A stretch of DNA of 64,000 nt from Octopus vulgaris (GCA_951406725.2 OX597814.1:41912001-41976000); one strand, 5' to 3'; shown: positions 28,002-42,594, counted from the first letter of the stretch. Numbers and translations: made by a program. The notes: a model not told the origin generated them from the letters alone.

Positions 28002-29039
28002 TATATATGTATATATACATATATATATGCATATATATATGTATGCATATATACATATAGATTGATAGATGGACAGATAGATATGTAGACAGGGAGAGAG
28101 AAATAGACCAATATATATATATATATATATACATATCTATATATATATATATGCACGCATATTCTTCGCCATACACACATCTGTACCTACACGTACATGC
28201 ACACACCTGCACATATACATACACACGTATCTATGTATATTCATACGTGAATATGTTTGTGAATATATGCGTGTAAGTTGTTAGACATCATTACCGTGAC
28301 ATGTTTGCTAAGTTTGCTTTCAAATGGATTCACTCTGGAGAGATGAAGTATTCAAGTGGTATTTAATGTGAGTAGGGGGAATGCAATATTGTACTTTTTG
28401 TTGAAAACACTTCTAAAATCGTGTTGTGTGACATTTTGAATTCACTCGTTTGATCAAAGTAGCTTTTTATACACACCTCTGATTCCAAATATTTGACTTT
28501 CTACCAAATGTTCTTTATGTCTATTATTATACGTCATTTCAAACCACCTTGTGTCATGCAGCTGAACATAAAAATTATCATTTATATTTTAATGTTTCTT
28601 TCTAATATAATCTGAGTTATTTTATTGTTTTACCATAATGGTTTCATTTCATAAATTTATGCAAATATGTACCGAAAGCTGAGCACAGATTACAGAAATA
28701 TGACCATTGTGGGTCTCTTGAACAAATTTCGATAATGCCACGAAATATTGTGTAAAGCATCACTAGTCCCTGCGCTATAAACAATGCTAAACAAAATTAT
28801 CAATTTCTTTCTCGAAATATCCAAATATGTATTCATGAATGCAACCGTTCTCTATGTATATTCGTAAACTTATTTATTTATCTCTTATATAGAATTTTAT
28901 CTTAGGAAATTTATGGGTGTGCATATGTATACATGTTTATATAAACTCGTATATTAACGACCGCAAACGCACACATGCTTCTATACATATATGCACACAT
29001 GCATACACAGAAGCGTAAATGTGTGTTTATATGCATGAA

Positions 29040-29089
<50 letters not shown>

Positions 29090-29420
29090 TGTGTCTGTCT
29101 GTAAGTATGCATGTAGGTATCTATATATAAAGCGAAAGCACTAAACTTGTGGATAAAAAACAATGGTTAGATCCTCAGGTGGAAGTCATTGTTGTATCTG
29201 TTCCGAGTCATATCGCTCATAATTGAAATATCCTGTTATTACATCAGTAATTTTGATTCTTCAATTTTGCTGAATCACGCACCAATATCAGGCGGCAGAT
29301 GAAGTACAACGCTAACGTGTAAAGGGATATGGGAATATACTTACACCTAACGCAAGCACAGAAAGACGCAGGCGCATATACATACATTTATAGATGTGTA
29401 AGTGCATGCACACACACGTA

Positions 29421-29820
<400 letters not shown>

Positions 29821-30809
29821 AAAAATGGTTATATATATATATTTGTATTTATGTATGAATTGTGTATGTATGTATGCATGTATGTATAAACATAAATGTA
29901 TGTGTAAGAAATGTTTTCCCTCCCATTATGCCTATTTGTCATATGGAGCTCAGAAGAGGAAACATCATGAGAAAATTATTTGCATATCGGTAGGCCACTT
30001 AATATGCACTTATTTCTCCCTATTCACATACATGTCACTAACTACTCTGAGTAATTCCACTCAGTTCATTTTCGTACACTTATTCAAATTCTCTGAACCA
30101 TAAATGCGTTCCACTCTAATTTGATTCTTCTGAAATGTTTCAAATACTGAACACAAAGCAGGGCATATGCTGCGTTAATAAAGTCAACTGAAGAAAATCG
30201 TTTGTCCACAGATGTCATCCTGAAATAATAACTATATTTTAGTTAATAAATTGTCATTATCAGAGAATTTTTGTTTTACGAAGTTAGTTATCCTCCTCCT
30301 TTCGACTTGGTACCAATTGTCATTAAAAACGAGTGATCTAGTCATTTTCAAGATGACATCATATGTATAAAACAGAAATTAATCGTATTTGCTTTAACAA
30401 CTTGCCCGTAAATATATATTGTAGAGATTTAGGGAAAGTTCCCAATAGAAAATCTATGCAGCGAAGTTAATTTCACATTCGGTAATATTGCTTAATATCG
30501 TGCATAAGAAAGATCATCATCACATTGCATTTCGAAAATTGCCAATAGAGTATTTTCTAACTTGCAGTAAAATATATGAGTGCCATTCAAACGTAATTTA
30601 TGAAAAGGATTATCCAGAGAAAGTGTGATACACCAGACTAGACATTTTCCATTTGTATACTCATTAATTGCTCAGTAATAGGTTAATTATACGTTCCAAT
30701 TGCAGCACCGCAGAAAAAAAAAACTTTCCTGCAATATTTAATATAGGTAATATACGAAAGAGAGAGTGAACTAGAGGGATGAATATAGATGCAAGATATG
30801 CAGAGATAT

Positions 30810-31000
30810 GCATCTATTTTCATCCCTCAATTTCACACTCTATTTCATATCTTATCTAAATCAACTATTGCCTAACCCTCTTCTCACACCGTCTCCGATG
30901 AAGAGATATAATAAATATACTGGAAACAGCTGTAAGTTGTTCTATTTAAACCTTTTCTAAAATCTTCACAGCCTTGATTTTTTTTATCGCATTGCCCCCC
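30810..31000 (+). mobile_element. Hammerhead-bearing repeat fragment (Penelope-like terminal repeat / retrozyme-like), copy 1
   Basis: Homologous to the minus strand of 57135-57315: gtctc(c/t)gatgaag..gaaa..taag, and downstream ctaaaatcttcacagccttgatttt vs ctgaaaattctacacagtcttggtttt. Confidence 0.6.
30890..30939 (+). ncRNA. Minimal type I hammerhead ribozyme relic
   Basis: gtct-CCGATGA-agagatat aataa atatactg-GAAA-cagctg-TA-agttg. Core has U4C; palindromic stem III CAGCTG and GUA triplet are intact; stems I and II are partly eroded. Confidence 0.5.
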
Positions 31001-31074
31001 ATTACCCGACATCTCTGGATCTTCTTCACAACAATACCTCTCATACCCACGATATATATATATATATATATATA

Positions 31075-31393
31075 CTAGCATTAAAGACCCGTCGTTGCCT
31101 GGTCATAGTGCTAGTGCATGTATATATGTGTTGAGCAAGGCACTTTATTTCACGTTGCTCCAGTTCACTCAGCTGTAGAAATGAGTTGCGACGTCACTGC
31201 TGCCAAGCTGTATCGACCTTTGTCTTTCCCTTGGATAACATCAGTGGCGTGGAGAGGGGAGGCTGGTATGCATGGGCGACTGCTGGTCTTCCATAAACAA
31301 CCTTGCCCGGACTTGTGTCTAGGAGGGTAACTTTCTAGGTGCAATCCCATGGTCATTCATGACCGAAGGGGGTCTTTATGTGTACATATTACA

Positions 31394-31487
<94 letters not shown>

Positions 31488-32434
31488 TACACATAAAATG
31501 TAAAATACAAAGTTATATCTTGATATCGCTAGTGATAACAATACTCAAAATATATAACCGACTGGAATCGTTAGCCCGTCTCTTGTAAGTTCGATCAATT
31601 GTATCTTGTCGTCCCTCTTGTATAGAAGTGTGGCTACAATAAAGCCTACCTCAACTTCTGTGAGGTGGGGCATTTTAAATTCTTTTCCAGGACGTCCTAC
31701 GTCTCAGATATAAATGTAAAGATAAAATATTTCCACTTTGCAAGTTCGAGTCGAGTACTCCCTTGCACGCTCCGTTAACTCGAAACTTGCTTGTATTGTG
31801 GCAAATTTACCGCATCTGATTAAATATCTTTCATAGTTGCACCAAGACACTTTTCGAAGGTGCTTTCCTCCATGTGTTCAAATCTTCTTTTTTCTCTACA
31901 TTTTATACTTTATAGACAATAGTCTTTTCTTTAATTTAATTTTTTATTATCCATCTGGACTATTCCATTTCTCCACGCTAATTTTATTTTTAATTTATTC
32001 CCATTCATGTGAAACCACTTATTCAAGTTTAAATCATTGATGCAATTTTATACCAATTGCTATTTTTACTTTTGTTATGTTACGATTGTATTATACTTTA
32101 GTTTGATTTTAATTATTACTTACTACATATAATTCAATTGTTATAATTATTTTTATTGTTAAAGTTAAAGTATCTGACATAAAATACAGAAATGTTTTTG
32201 TTTCACTTTTAACACGTAATACTGAAATAGTGGAGAAGATATGATATTGCTATGGGCTCGCTCTAGTAAGACGTTGAACATTCTTTTTGCCCATGAAACT
32301 ACATGGGCCCTAAGTAAGGCACGTGTTAAATTTGAATGAAATTGGTTGTATTGTTCTCAAGTTTTAGGGAAACACACAGACAGACAGACAGACAGACAGA
32401 CACACACACATTCTCAGTTTTATATATGTAAAGA
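31075..32434 (-). mobile_element. Probable non-autonomous Helitron (Lep1-like architecture)
   Basis: Minus-strand 5' end A|TCtttacatatataaaactgagaatgtg..(CTGT)n at 32434. 3' end has hairpin gaccaggcaacgacgggtc followed by CTAG|T at 31075. Both flanks are (AT)n; no TSD. Confidence 0.65.
31132..31376 (+). mobile_element. 5'-truncated SINE (family C) nested in the Helitron
   Basis: tgagcaaggcactttatttcacgttgctcc matches the minus-strand copy at 51340-51372. Flanked by direct repeat TATGTGT at 31125-31131 and 31377-31383 (putative TSD). Confidence 0.8.
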
Positions 32435-32457
32435 TATATATATATATATATATATAT

Positions 32458-32790
32458 ATGCCATTGCCCTGTCAACTCTACGCTTGTGAGCCTTGGACGA
32501 CGTACCGCCGTGATTTCAAGTGCCTTAAATGCCTCCAGCAATCGAAGCTACGATATATCTTCAATATAGAATGGGAAGATCACGTTACCAAGAACGAGGT
32601 TCTTCGCCGCAACTCCCTACCAAGAATCAAAGCCACCATTCTTTCTCATCGTCCCCGCTGGGCAGTTCACGTCCTGCATCAGGAGCCCTCTCTTCTCCCA
32701 AGAATCATGCTCAAAGGAGAACTAGCAATCGGAACAAGACCCAGATGAAGTCCGAAATTCTCTTTGAAAGACCAGCTCAAACGGATGCTC
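32458..32790 (+). mobile_element. RTE-clade LINE fragment (region C-terminal to RT)
   Basis: Translation LYACEPWT..LRYIFNIEWEDHVTKNEVLRR..RPRWAVHVL..LPRIMLKGELAIGTRPR..KDQLKR matches the RTE/BovB-type consensus LYGCETWT..I.W.D.VTN.EVL..RLRWAGHV..LP..LYGEL..G.R.RG. Confidence 0.9.
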
Positions 32791-32922
32791 GGGAAGGGAA
32801 AGAAAGAAAGAGGATTTTACGTTTCAAGCGGAGCTCTTCGTCAGAAAAATAGATAAAAAGAAAAAGTCCAAAGAAGGGAAGACGGAGAAAGAAAATCGCC
32901 AACGATACACACGTGGTCATGC

Positions 32923-32986
<64 letters not shown>

Positions 32987-33658
32987 GTATGTATGTATTT
33001 ATGCATGTATACGTATGTGTGTCTGTCTGTTTTTGTGCGTTTATTTGTGGGTGCGTGGTTTTTGGGAGACTGGAAGTAAGACTACTATATAGAGAAATGA
33101 TACGCAGAGGTGAATCGATAGATAGAACGGGAGGAATTTTAATAATCACTTCTAGAAAAATGAACTCCTAAATCTTCTATAGCAACAAAGAAACTATGGA
33201 ATACAGAACATCTGACACAGAAGTATTGTGCGATATTGTCGGTTTATTATTTCTTATTTCCTTCGAGGTAAATCTCGTTCTCCTGTTTTTTAATACATGG
33301 CCCTGGGGAATGAAGTGCATATGATCTTCTTGAGAGAAATGCTTCAGTGGAGAACGATACAAACATTACTAATTCACGAGGTTTCTTAAGTGATCGGAAA
33401 GGCGATGGTCTAGATGATCGGTGAACATTTTGTAATTGTAAACTTTATACAATAAAAAAAAACAATATGGTGTATTAGAAAATTACTAGTGTGACAAATG
33501 TTTCTTGTGCTCCATTAAAGGAAATATTTTATAAACACACACATATATACATACAACATACATAGAGACACACAGACGCATAAACACATACACACACAAA
33601 TATATATACATATATACTGAGAGAGACAGGTTCATAGACAAGCAGATAAATATTGGTA

Positions 33659-33715
<57 letters not shown>

Positions 33716-34730
33716 GGAGAGAGAGACAGACAGACAGTTAGAATGACAGACAGATAGATACATAAATATGCATATGTCTATCAGCCAGACAATATTACTT
33801 TTGAAAATCTTTTGCTGACCCAGGATTTTAGTGAAAATTATTTATGGTACTGTGGAAAGGTAGTAAACATGAATGCTCATGGCATTCCTTGAAGATTCTT
33901 TACCTCATCACCGTAACTACACGTGTAAGTGTGCATATGTGTTTGTGTGTATGTGTGAGTGTGTGTGCGTGCGTGTTTGTGTGTATGATTCAATATAATG
34001 GATAGATAGATATTCTTTTTTGATGGAGGTATATCTAAGTAATATGGAATAATAGAAATAATTACAAGAATAATTACAAGTGACTATGTTAGTCTTATTA
34101 AGTTACGATATCCAAATTTTAAACAATTTGTCTTATGGTCATGTATTAAAGTTCTGCTGCGATTCTCATTCTGAAAAGCATTCTCATTCTGAAATACATA
34201 TCAAATGCATTTCAATTATATTCCTTTGCTTCGCCATTACATCCAGTGTTGATTCTGCGAATGTTGCTCAAATTTGCGTGATTGTACCTAAGCTTATATT
34301 TCATGCTTTATTTGCAAACATATGATCTTTTCTACTGAGAACGGAGAATTATCTCTAGATTGTATAGATACTTGCGAAACAACTGGAATTTAGTTCTTGG
34401 CTATTGATAAATCGAACATACACCAATGGAAGTTCAAACTATATTGATTATTAATTGGATATAGAGTTACAGTCGATATAGAAAAGCAGTAGCCAAGAAA
34501 TTAAGTGCATTTTGTGTATCCTTCTACACAAACTGTCAATATCTGAAGAAGCAATTCTTAGTTGATAATGAAATGTATATTTTCGGTATTAACCTTCAAT
34601 ACAATAAAACAATGGGGTTAGATAATAAACTAGTCACTGTTAAGCACAAGGAAATACACAACATCGCATCTATTGACCTATTTTTAAGACAACTCAATAT
34701 ATTTGAATGTGCTGTGCAAAGGCATGCTTT

Positions 34731-34841
<111 letters not shown>

Positions 34842-35619
34842 ATATTCATTCGTAAACGTGATAGAAGTGACGTTCTATCTGATGTGGTAAACATCACCTA
34901 AGGCAAACGGAATGGCCAAAAAAATATTACATTTAGATTTATACGTACACACACTATTCAATTATAGCTAAACGAGAGTGTGGGAATATTTCTCCAAATA
35001 ATAATACGTTTCGAAATAAAATTATACGAATGGGGGGAAGAAAGAAAGAAACAGAAATACATAATATTAATCATTTGAGCAATTATAGCGAACTAGAGCT
35101 TTTTATTTCTATTGATTAGCCTTTAGGGTAAATATAACTTATGTATTTCGTGGCTTTTCCGTTTCTTTGATTTTCGCAGTATAGCAGGTTTGGAGCAACG
35201 TCTATTCTAGAACTGAAAATTAATAACCTTTCGAACATTTCTTGAAAGATAACTTTTATTTCAAATTGAATATTACTATTAATAAAAAAAAAATGAAAAA
35301 TAAATAGGGAAAAACAGATTAAGGTAAGGCAACGTTCCTTATTTTATATTCAATCAAATTTCACTGTTTCCCTGACGATGCGAAATATTGAATTCCACTT
35401 ATTACTGTTATTTGATTAATATCGGGCATGATGTTCATGATGTTGTTATTGTTGTAGGTATTGAAAAAATATATTTTTTTTAAATGAAGAATGGTTTTTG
35501 ATTTTCTGATGCTGAAGTTACATTCTCACCTACGAAAAAATTATAGATGTGTTCAGGAATTTATCATGCCAGCCACACATCTATTTCCAGTAAGAGTCAC
35601 TAATTCAAAAAGCAATTGC

Positions 35620-35653
<34 letters not shown>

Positions 35654-35715
35654 AGAATAACAAGCTAATCAGTATGTTGTTCTCAATATACAATAGTTCT
35701 ACATCACTTCAAAAA

Positions 35716-35800
<85 letters not shown>

Positions 35801-37669
35801 AACATACACTTAGATAGATAAATAGTCAGATAAATGATAAATAGATAAATAGAAACAGAGAGAAAGAGAGAGAGAGAGAGAAAGAGAGATAAGTATAAAC
35901 ATTGGTACTGTTTTCGAGATTTTGAATAGAAATTAATGTCAGGATGTGAAATGGCTATCATCAGAATTTAATGCGGAGAAATGAATTCCAGTGCTGTTTT
36001 GTTGGAAGCTTCGAAGAATATCGCTTATAAGACTGTTAAATGGAAACAAAAATGTGTACTATATAATCAATTTAATAATTATTAAGGGCAAGTGAATTTA
36101 ATGAATATAGGATGTGATCAGATACAATCAAACGAAGCTAATTTGTATTCTTCGATATGATCATAATTCTGCTTCACTAAATTTACGCGTCACGAATGGT
36201 TGTATAGAGATGGTATGCGTATATCAGCCAAATATCAATGAGCCGTTTAATGTGTCCTGGCAGATATGTATACTTAAATTTCACAGGACAAATCATTGTT
36301 TCTATAAACATGTAGCATGGATTATCGCTATGTGAAATGAAATAAGAATGTAATTTTGAATTATTAGGGCCAACTGAATAGAGTCTTACAAAGGTAGCAT
36401 AACATTCAATGATGACTTTAAGAACGAAAAGATGCAAAGCCGTATCCAGTAAATTTGCTACATAAATGAAGAACTGACAGAATATCGAACAAAATGTTTT
36501 CCCTTATTAGTAGCGTGAATTTACCTTCTGATTTCGAATTACACGGTAATCATACTCGATAAGGAAACTGCTAATCAGAAATCGGGTACCATATAATCGA
36601 TTATTATTGCGCCTCCATATTTACCACGCGGTGCTTATGAAACGTAATTTTATAGTTTCGATTAAAATGCTGCTCGGTATAAATAATTGAAACTAAAGTC
36701 TGTTCATACAAAATACAAAGAAATGTTATTGGCACACAGGGAAATTGAAGTTTTACAGAGATATCAGGAATCTTAGAAAAGTCGATAATAAGCAGTAAAC
36801 TGAATATTAGTTAAATTTCAACCAATGCATGTTGTCTGGGAAATTTTGTTGCGCAGAGGCATTTGCTTTATGTAATAAATTTAATCACGGATCTCTAGTG
36901 GCTTGAGTTTAAACTTAAGGACATATTACTTCCATGCAACTTTAGTACCTGCTCATTTATAGAAATGCGAGTTGCCGTCACGTTTAGGTCATCGTCATCA
37001 TTATCATTGTTCTCTGTTGCCTCAAAAAATGTACCTGGATTTCATAATGTATGAGCAACAAAAGCACTAGATCAATTTTGAATTATGTGTAAGATTATTG
37101 AGTCATGGCATAGTTTGTTTTTAATTTCAAAATTTTACAATACTTACACTTCGGTGTTATGGCCATTTGTTCAAATTCATTTCTTTTCCCTTTTACTTAT
37201 TTAGCCTTTTTTTTACGCTTTCTTTTCGGAAATGATTTCGGTCAAAAGCGAGACAGATCAGTGCCGAGGTTGTTTTATCCTTCTTGATTATTACACCGGT
37301 GCAGTTTGCATTTATCTACATTTTAGTTTGTATAGTGGTGGTTTAAATGATTGTGACCACCTCGTCATGTATATACAGGTTTATATATGTATTGCTTGTT
37401 TTTGCATGGTGGTGAACTTGTTCCAGTTGTATTAAGAAGTCGTTTAGATCAACCTATATAACTAATATTTTCTCTGTTGCCATTGTCTGTAATTTTCAGT
37501 AAAAAAAATATCTGTTTAAATTAAACCCCAATTTCAGTTTCGTATAATTTTCTTTTCCATGTTCTATTGTTGTTACGTGAAATACTCCTCAACTACTATC
37601 GTTATTATACTTAACGCAAAATTCAAAGACCCGTCTCGTCATTATATATAATTTTGCTATATTTGTTTA

Positions 37670-37880
37670 TAGAGCCGTGCTCGCAGTGTCGTTGGCACCC
37701 CGGCCAAAATCCTCATTGTCATTTCGTCCGTCTTTACGCTCTGTAATCAAAGTCCACCGCCATGTTCTTAACCGTTTAACTTTTCGGGATCGAAAGAAAA
37801 GTATGTGTTGAGTAATAGAGTAATCAACTTACTAACACTCTGTAGTTGCTAGCCTTGTTCCAAAATTTGAACCAATATTA
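37670..37880 (+). mobile_element. Old family A SINE copy
   Basis: catttcgtccgtctttacg..ttttcgggatcga..ttgctagccttgttccaaaatttgaac. Confidence 0.65.
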
Positions 37881-38023
37881 CCTTATTTATGTATCACATA
37901 TTTTCTTGCATAATATTTGTGAGTTGTTAACTGAAATGTGGTTTTGCAAGCATATCCAATTTGTCAGAGATTATCTAACACTTTTAAACTATTATTGAAT
38001 GCATAATATATTTTACAAACTAA

Positions 38024-38410
38024 GGCGGCGAGCTAGCAGAAATGTTAGTACGCCGGGCGAAATACTTAGCGCTTTTTCGACTATTTTTACGTTCGGAATT
38101 CAAATTCCGCTAAGGTCGACTTTGCCTTTCATCCTTTAGGATTCGATTAAGCAAGTATCTGTTACGCACTGGGGTCGATATAATCGACTTAATCCGTTGT
38201 CTTTCCTTGTTTGTCCTCTCTGTGTTTAGCCCCTTGTGGGTAGTAAAAAATAGGTATTTCGTCTGTCTTTACGTTCGGAATTCAAATTCCGCTAAGGCCA
38301 ACTTTGCCTTTTATCCTTTCGGGGTCAATAAATTAAGTTGCGTACTGAGGTCGATCTAGTCGTCTGGTCCCCTCCCCTAAAATTTCGGGCCTTGTGCCTA
38401 GAGCAGAAAA
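38024..38410 (+). mobile_element. Near full-length dimeric family A SINE
   Basis: ggcggcgagctagcagaa head; core gtcgactttgcctttcatccttt present twice; tail aaatttcgggccttgtgcctagagcagaaaa. Confidence 0.95.
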
Positions 38411-39199
38411 TAATATACTACACAAAATACTCAAAAGCTCGCAGCCCTGTGTATGTTGGATATTTGAGTTGTAGTTAGTTATTATACGGTACGTATTTTC
38501 GTACTTTTCTCATAAACTATAATATTTCTCATAAGTATCTTTATATTCACTACTTCTCATTTCTTTTACTGATATCTTATTGTTGTGAGACGATTTCTAC
38601 TTTCCTGCTGACGTTGACAATAGCATCAAATCGATTGCCTCTAATCTCGTTCTTTGTGAGAATTGATATATTCTAGTACATATTCGCTTGAGCAGTTATT
38701 GACAAATTTCCTCGCTTATATTTATAATTTCTTTATTTATTTGTGCGGAATAATGAATTATATGGGATTGAATACTTTTAGATAAGATTTATCATTTTAG
38801 TACCAATTCTGTATTCACTCTTCAAATAAATACCTATAAATTATGCTAAATTTTGAAACATTTCAAATTGCAGTAATTTAATTTCAATTCATTTCTTTCT
38901 TATCTTTACTGGATACTGGCGAATGATGGAACTGAAATTATTACTGATGGCGTAAGATATCATGATATTTTAATACATCTCATGACAGTTCCGTAAATTA
39001 ATACACTATATTCCATATTTTAACCTAGATATTGACATTAAGAACATCAGAACATACTAGATTTCCTAATTACGATTACTTGAGATCGAAGTGTATAATT
39101 TCTGAGATAATTTGTCTTTTGTTCTCATTAATTTGAATATTACACTATAGCGAATGTTATAATTAACTTGTAAATTACTAAGAAATTTAGCTGACAAAT

Positions 39200-39405
39200 A
39201 TTACTAGCAGAATCGTCAGCATTCCGAGCAAAATGATTTGTGTCATATTCTCCGTCTTTATGTTCTAAGTTGAAAATTCGCCGAGGTCGACTTTTCTTAT
39301 ATTCCAGGTCGATAAGAAAAAATGCCACTTGTTTTATGGTCGAAGAAAGTGACTAACCCCCACCCACGAATTTGCTTGCCTCGTGCCAAATTTTGAAACA
39401 CATAT
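39200..39405 (+). mobile_element. Old family A SINE copy
   Basis: gcagaatcgtcagc..ccgtctttatgttc..cgccgaggtcgactttt..ggtcgataa..cctcgtgccaaattttgaaac. Confidence 0.75.
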
Positions 39406-39480
39406 TAAAATCTGCTGAATAACAGTTCAGAATATACTTATACTACTACATTTGATATTGGTTGTAACAATATCGTGAAT

Positions 39481-39689
39481 CATTTGACTGCGGCCATGCT
39501 GGAGCACCGCTTTTTAGTCGACCAAATCGACCCCGGGACTTATTCTTTGTAAGCCCAGTACTTATTCTATCGGTTACTTTTGCCGAACCGCTAGGTGACT
39601 GGGACGTCAACACACCAGCATCGGTTGTCAAGCAATGCTAGGGGGACAAACACAGACACACAAACACACACACACATATATATATACAT

Positions 39690-39762
<73 letters not shown>

Positions 39763-39920
39763 TACGACAGACTTCTTTCAGTTTCCGTCTACCAAATCCA
39801 CTCACAAGGCATTGGTCGGCCCGGGGCTATAGCAAAAGACACTTACCCAAGATGCCACGCAGTGGGACTGAACTCGGAACCATGTGGTTGGTTAGCAAGC
39901 TACTTACCACACAGCCACTC
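39481..39920 (-). mobile_element. Full-length tRNA-derived CORE-like SINE (family B) with internal microsatellite
   Basis: Minus strand: A-box-like TGGCTGTGTGG, B-box-like GAGTTCAGTCC, CORE-like cttgggtaagtgtctt, internal (AT)n(GT)n, tail ttgacaaccgatgctggtgtg..ccagcatggccgcagtcaaatg. Confidence 0.95.
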
Positions 39921-40220
39921 ATAAAGGAATATTAATTTTTGTGTTTGTAGAAATTTGGTGTTCCTTTAGTTTTTAAAAATCGACTATTCAGCTTTACCTG
40001 TGCTTACTACATTATCATCCTATGGGTCATTTGTAAATAATTTGCTGTTGGAAGAAAGTTTAAAGAGAAAGAAATCAACATTTTTAGTTATTTGATAAAG
40101 TAATATGTATGGTATGGGAATAAGGAAATTCTATATCTACGAAAATATAATCTAACGGCTACCCATTCGTTCTCTTGGTTTGACTCTTTGTCATATATAT
40201 ATATATATATATATATATAC

Positions 40221-40265
<45 letters not shown>

Positions 40266-41409
40266 TAAAATGTTACGTATGCATAAACATAGTTACGAAA
40301 ATATTAAAATTGTAACCTAGGCCTAATACTATTTTCAGTTTTCCAGTTGAATAATGAAATGAATAACGTATATCTCAATATCTTTATATCCACTTCTCAG
40401 AAAGTCTGTAGGCTACTTACACCAAATTATACGCCTTGATAAGCATCCATCATATATGCCTATTTTCTATTATCAGACCTCAATATCAGTTTAGAATAGC
40501 AAGATCATATCACTTTACCACTCAAGCAAAATTCGATTTCATATCATATCACCAATACGACATCCGTAGAATACTAAGGAATATAAATATATTTATGTGA
40601 AGTGATGTCACATAATTTGAATATTAACTACTGACCTTGTTTTACATAACGTATGCATATGCTATTAAACAAATTATAAAGTGATTGATGTCTAGTAAAG
40701 TCAAATGTTTAAGACAGTAAGCAACATTGCATGACATCGTCGGCATTATATTCCATCATTTTATTTGGAGGTTTATATTATATAATATGCTCGATTCGAA
40801 GATCAAAATCAATAAATCTCATTTAATTTTCTGTTAGGTCTTCCTTTTATATTCTCTGAAGACGACATACTTCACACACACACAATTTATGATAACTGCA
40901 ATTTCAAGGAAAGATTCCCGCTTGCTACTACGCCAGAAATATCAAGCTGTCGTCCCAGGATATGGAATATAATGATATATGTAAATCAGCAAATACGCAA
41001 ACAATGAATTAATTTAAGCTTTTGCGACAATTTATATTATGTATGAAACCATATTTAATATCATTTGATCGTTAAGACTGAATAACATTTAGAGAATATT
41101 ACATGTCTCTTCTTAATAATATCATATTTGCATAAATCAAAGTGGTAGTAGCAAGCTATATTATTATTCAGATACATATTTCTCACGTTGCTTCTATTCC
41201 TATTAAAGCAATGCACTCTCATAACTACACAGCCTAGTGAGCATGTCCAGCATCATGTTTACAGTGCACGGAGCACGAATTATCATGTTAGAGCTTCCTT
41301 GCCTTCTTGTCTCTGAATACTGAAATAAATATCAAACTTTCGGAGAAGTGGTATTAAGAAATACTTCTAATTCAGTTGAGTAAAAATAAGAAAATTATAT
41401 CTCTGTCTC

Positions 41410-41480
<71 letters not shown>

Positions 41481-41482
<2 letters not shown>

Positions 41483-41781
41483 AGCCGCAATGGTTACGGC
41501 AGCGGACTCACGGTCGTAGGATCGCGGTTTCGATTCCAAGAACTGGGCGTTGTGAGCGTTTATTGAGCGAAAACACCTAAAGCTCCACGAGGCTCCGGCA
41601 GTGGGTGGTGGCGATCCCTGCTGTACTTTTTCGCCACAACTGTCTCTCACTCTGTCCTCTGTTGGCCTGCTCGCTTAGCCAGTGACGTCGCGTCATTTGA
41701 AGGCTATAACAATGCGAAGCGCATTGTGACCAGCAAAGTGTAGCATCATCTGATAGCCTGGTCGGTCACGGTGATCACAGT

Positions 41782-41785
<4 letters not shown>
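41481..41785 (+). mobile_element. tRNA-derived SINE (family D), inside (AT)n
   Basis: B-box-like gtttcgattcc; actcacggtcgtaggatc..gtttattgagc..aacacctaaagctccacgaggct shared with 48584-48940. Confidence 0.9.
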
Positions 41786-41847
<62 letters not shown>

Positions 41848-41907
41848 CAGAGAGTTAAAATTTGTGTTTGCGTGTCTGTGTGTGTGGTGGGTAGAAATTC
41901 AATTTTC

Positions 41908-42045
41908 TTGATCCCAGTACAGAAGTGCTACTTCTCCTTCCATCCCAGTGGTTAATAGGCAGAGTCGGCTGCGGCGGAATTTGAACTGAGATTGTAAAAT
42001 AGGCCGAATAACGTCTTATTAGCAATTCCGTCAGTTCAACGCTTT
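41908..42045 (-). mobile_element. Degenerate family A SINE fragment
   Basis: aggcagagtcggctgcggcggaatttgaact is the reverse complement of the family A core. Confidence 0.65.
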
Positions 42046-42594
42046 ATATTGATGCGTAATAACATTTATAATTAAGCACTAGAACTTCTTTACAACTCTT
42101 ATAGCGAAAGTTAACGAAATTATTCATTTAAATTCCAATAATTTTCGTGTCGTTGTTTTGACACACAAACAAGAATGGCGTACGTTTAATAGAGTATGTA
42201 TTCAGAACAACAATACATGTGTAGTATTGAATCGCTTCACGTAGATATATTGAAGTCTTTCCTAACTCAATGTTATTACAATACATATCAGACACGAATT
42301 ATAAATTAACGCATAGCACCCTATATGTATTTATAATTAAATAATGTTTCCTCCAAAATGAAGTGTTCTTCAGTTTAAAGCTCCCCATTCGGCATTTTAC
42401 ATATTTCAAGATTCCACTATATACAAACAATCAAATATTTTTTATTGTTATATAAAAAATACGGTTAAAAAATTGTGCACGTTTACACATAGGTGTGCAC
42501 CTTCTCATGCTGTTATTAAGCTGATTAACAATACTTCAGGTACAATGATTTGACTTGGTATGATTATTGAAGTGTTTTCCGTTCCTTTGTCCAG

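Noticed and set aside
32313-32326. Partial matches to conserved miRNAs (TAAGGCACG like miR-124; CCGAACTTGTG at about 26145 like miR-100)
   Set aside because: Only 9-11 nt match and there is no precursor hairpin. A by-eye scan cannot exclude lineage-specific miRNAs elsewhere.
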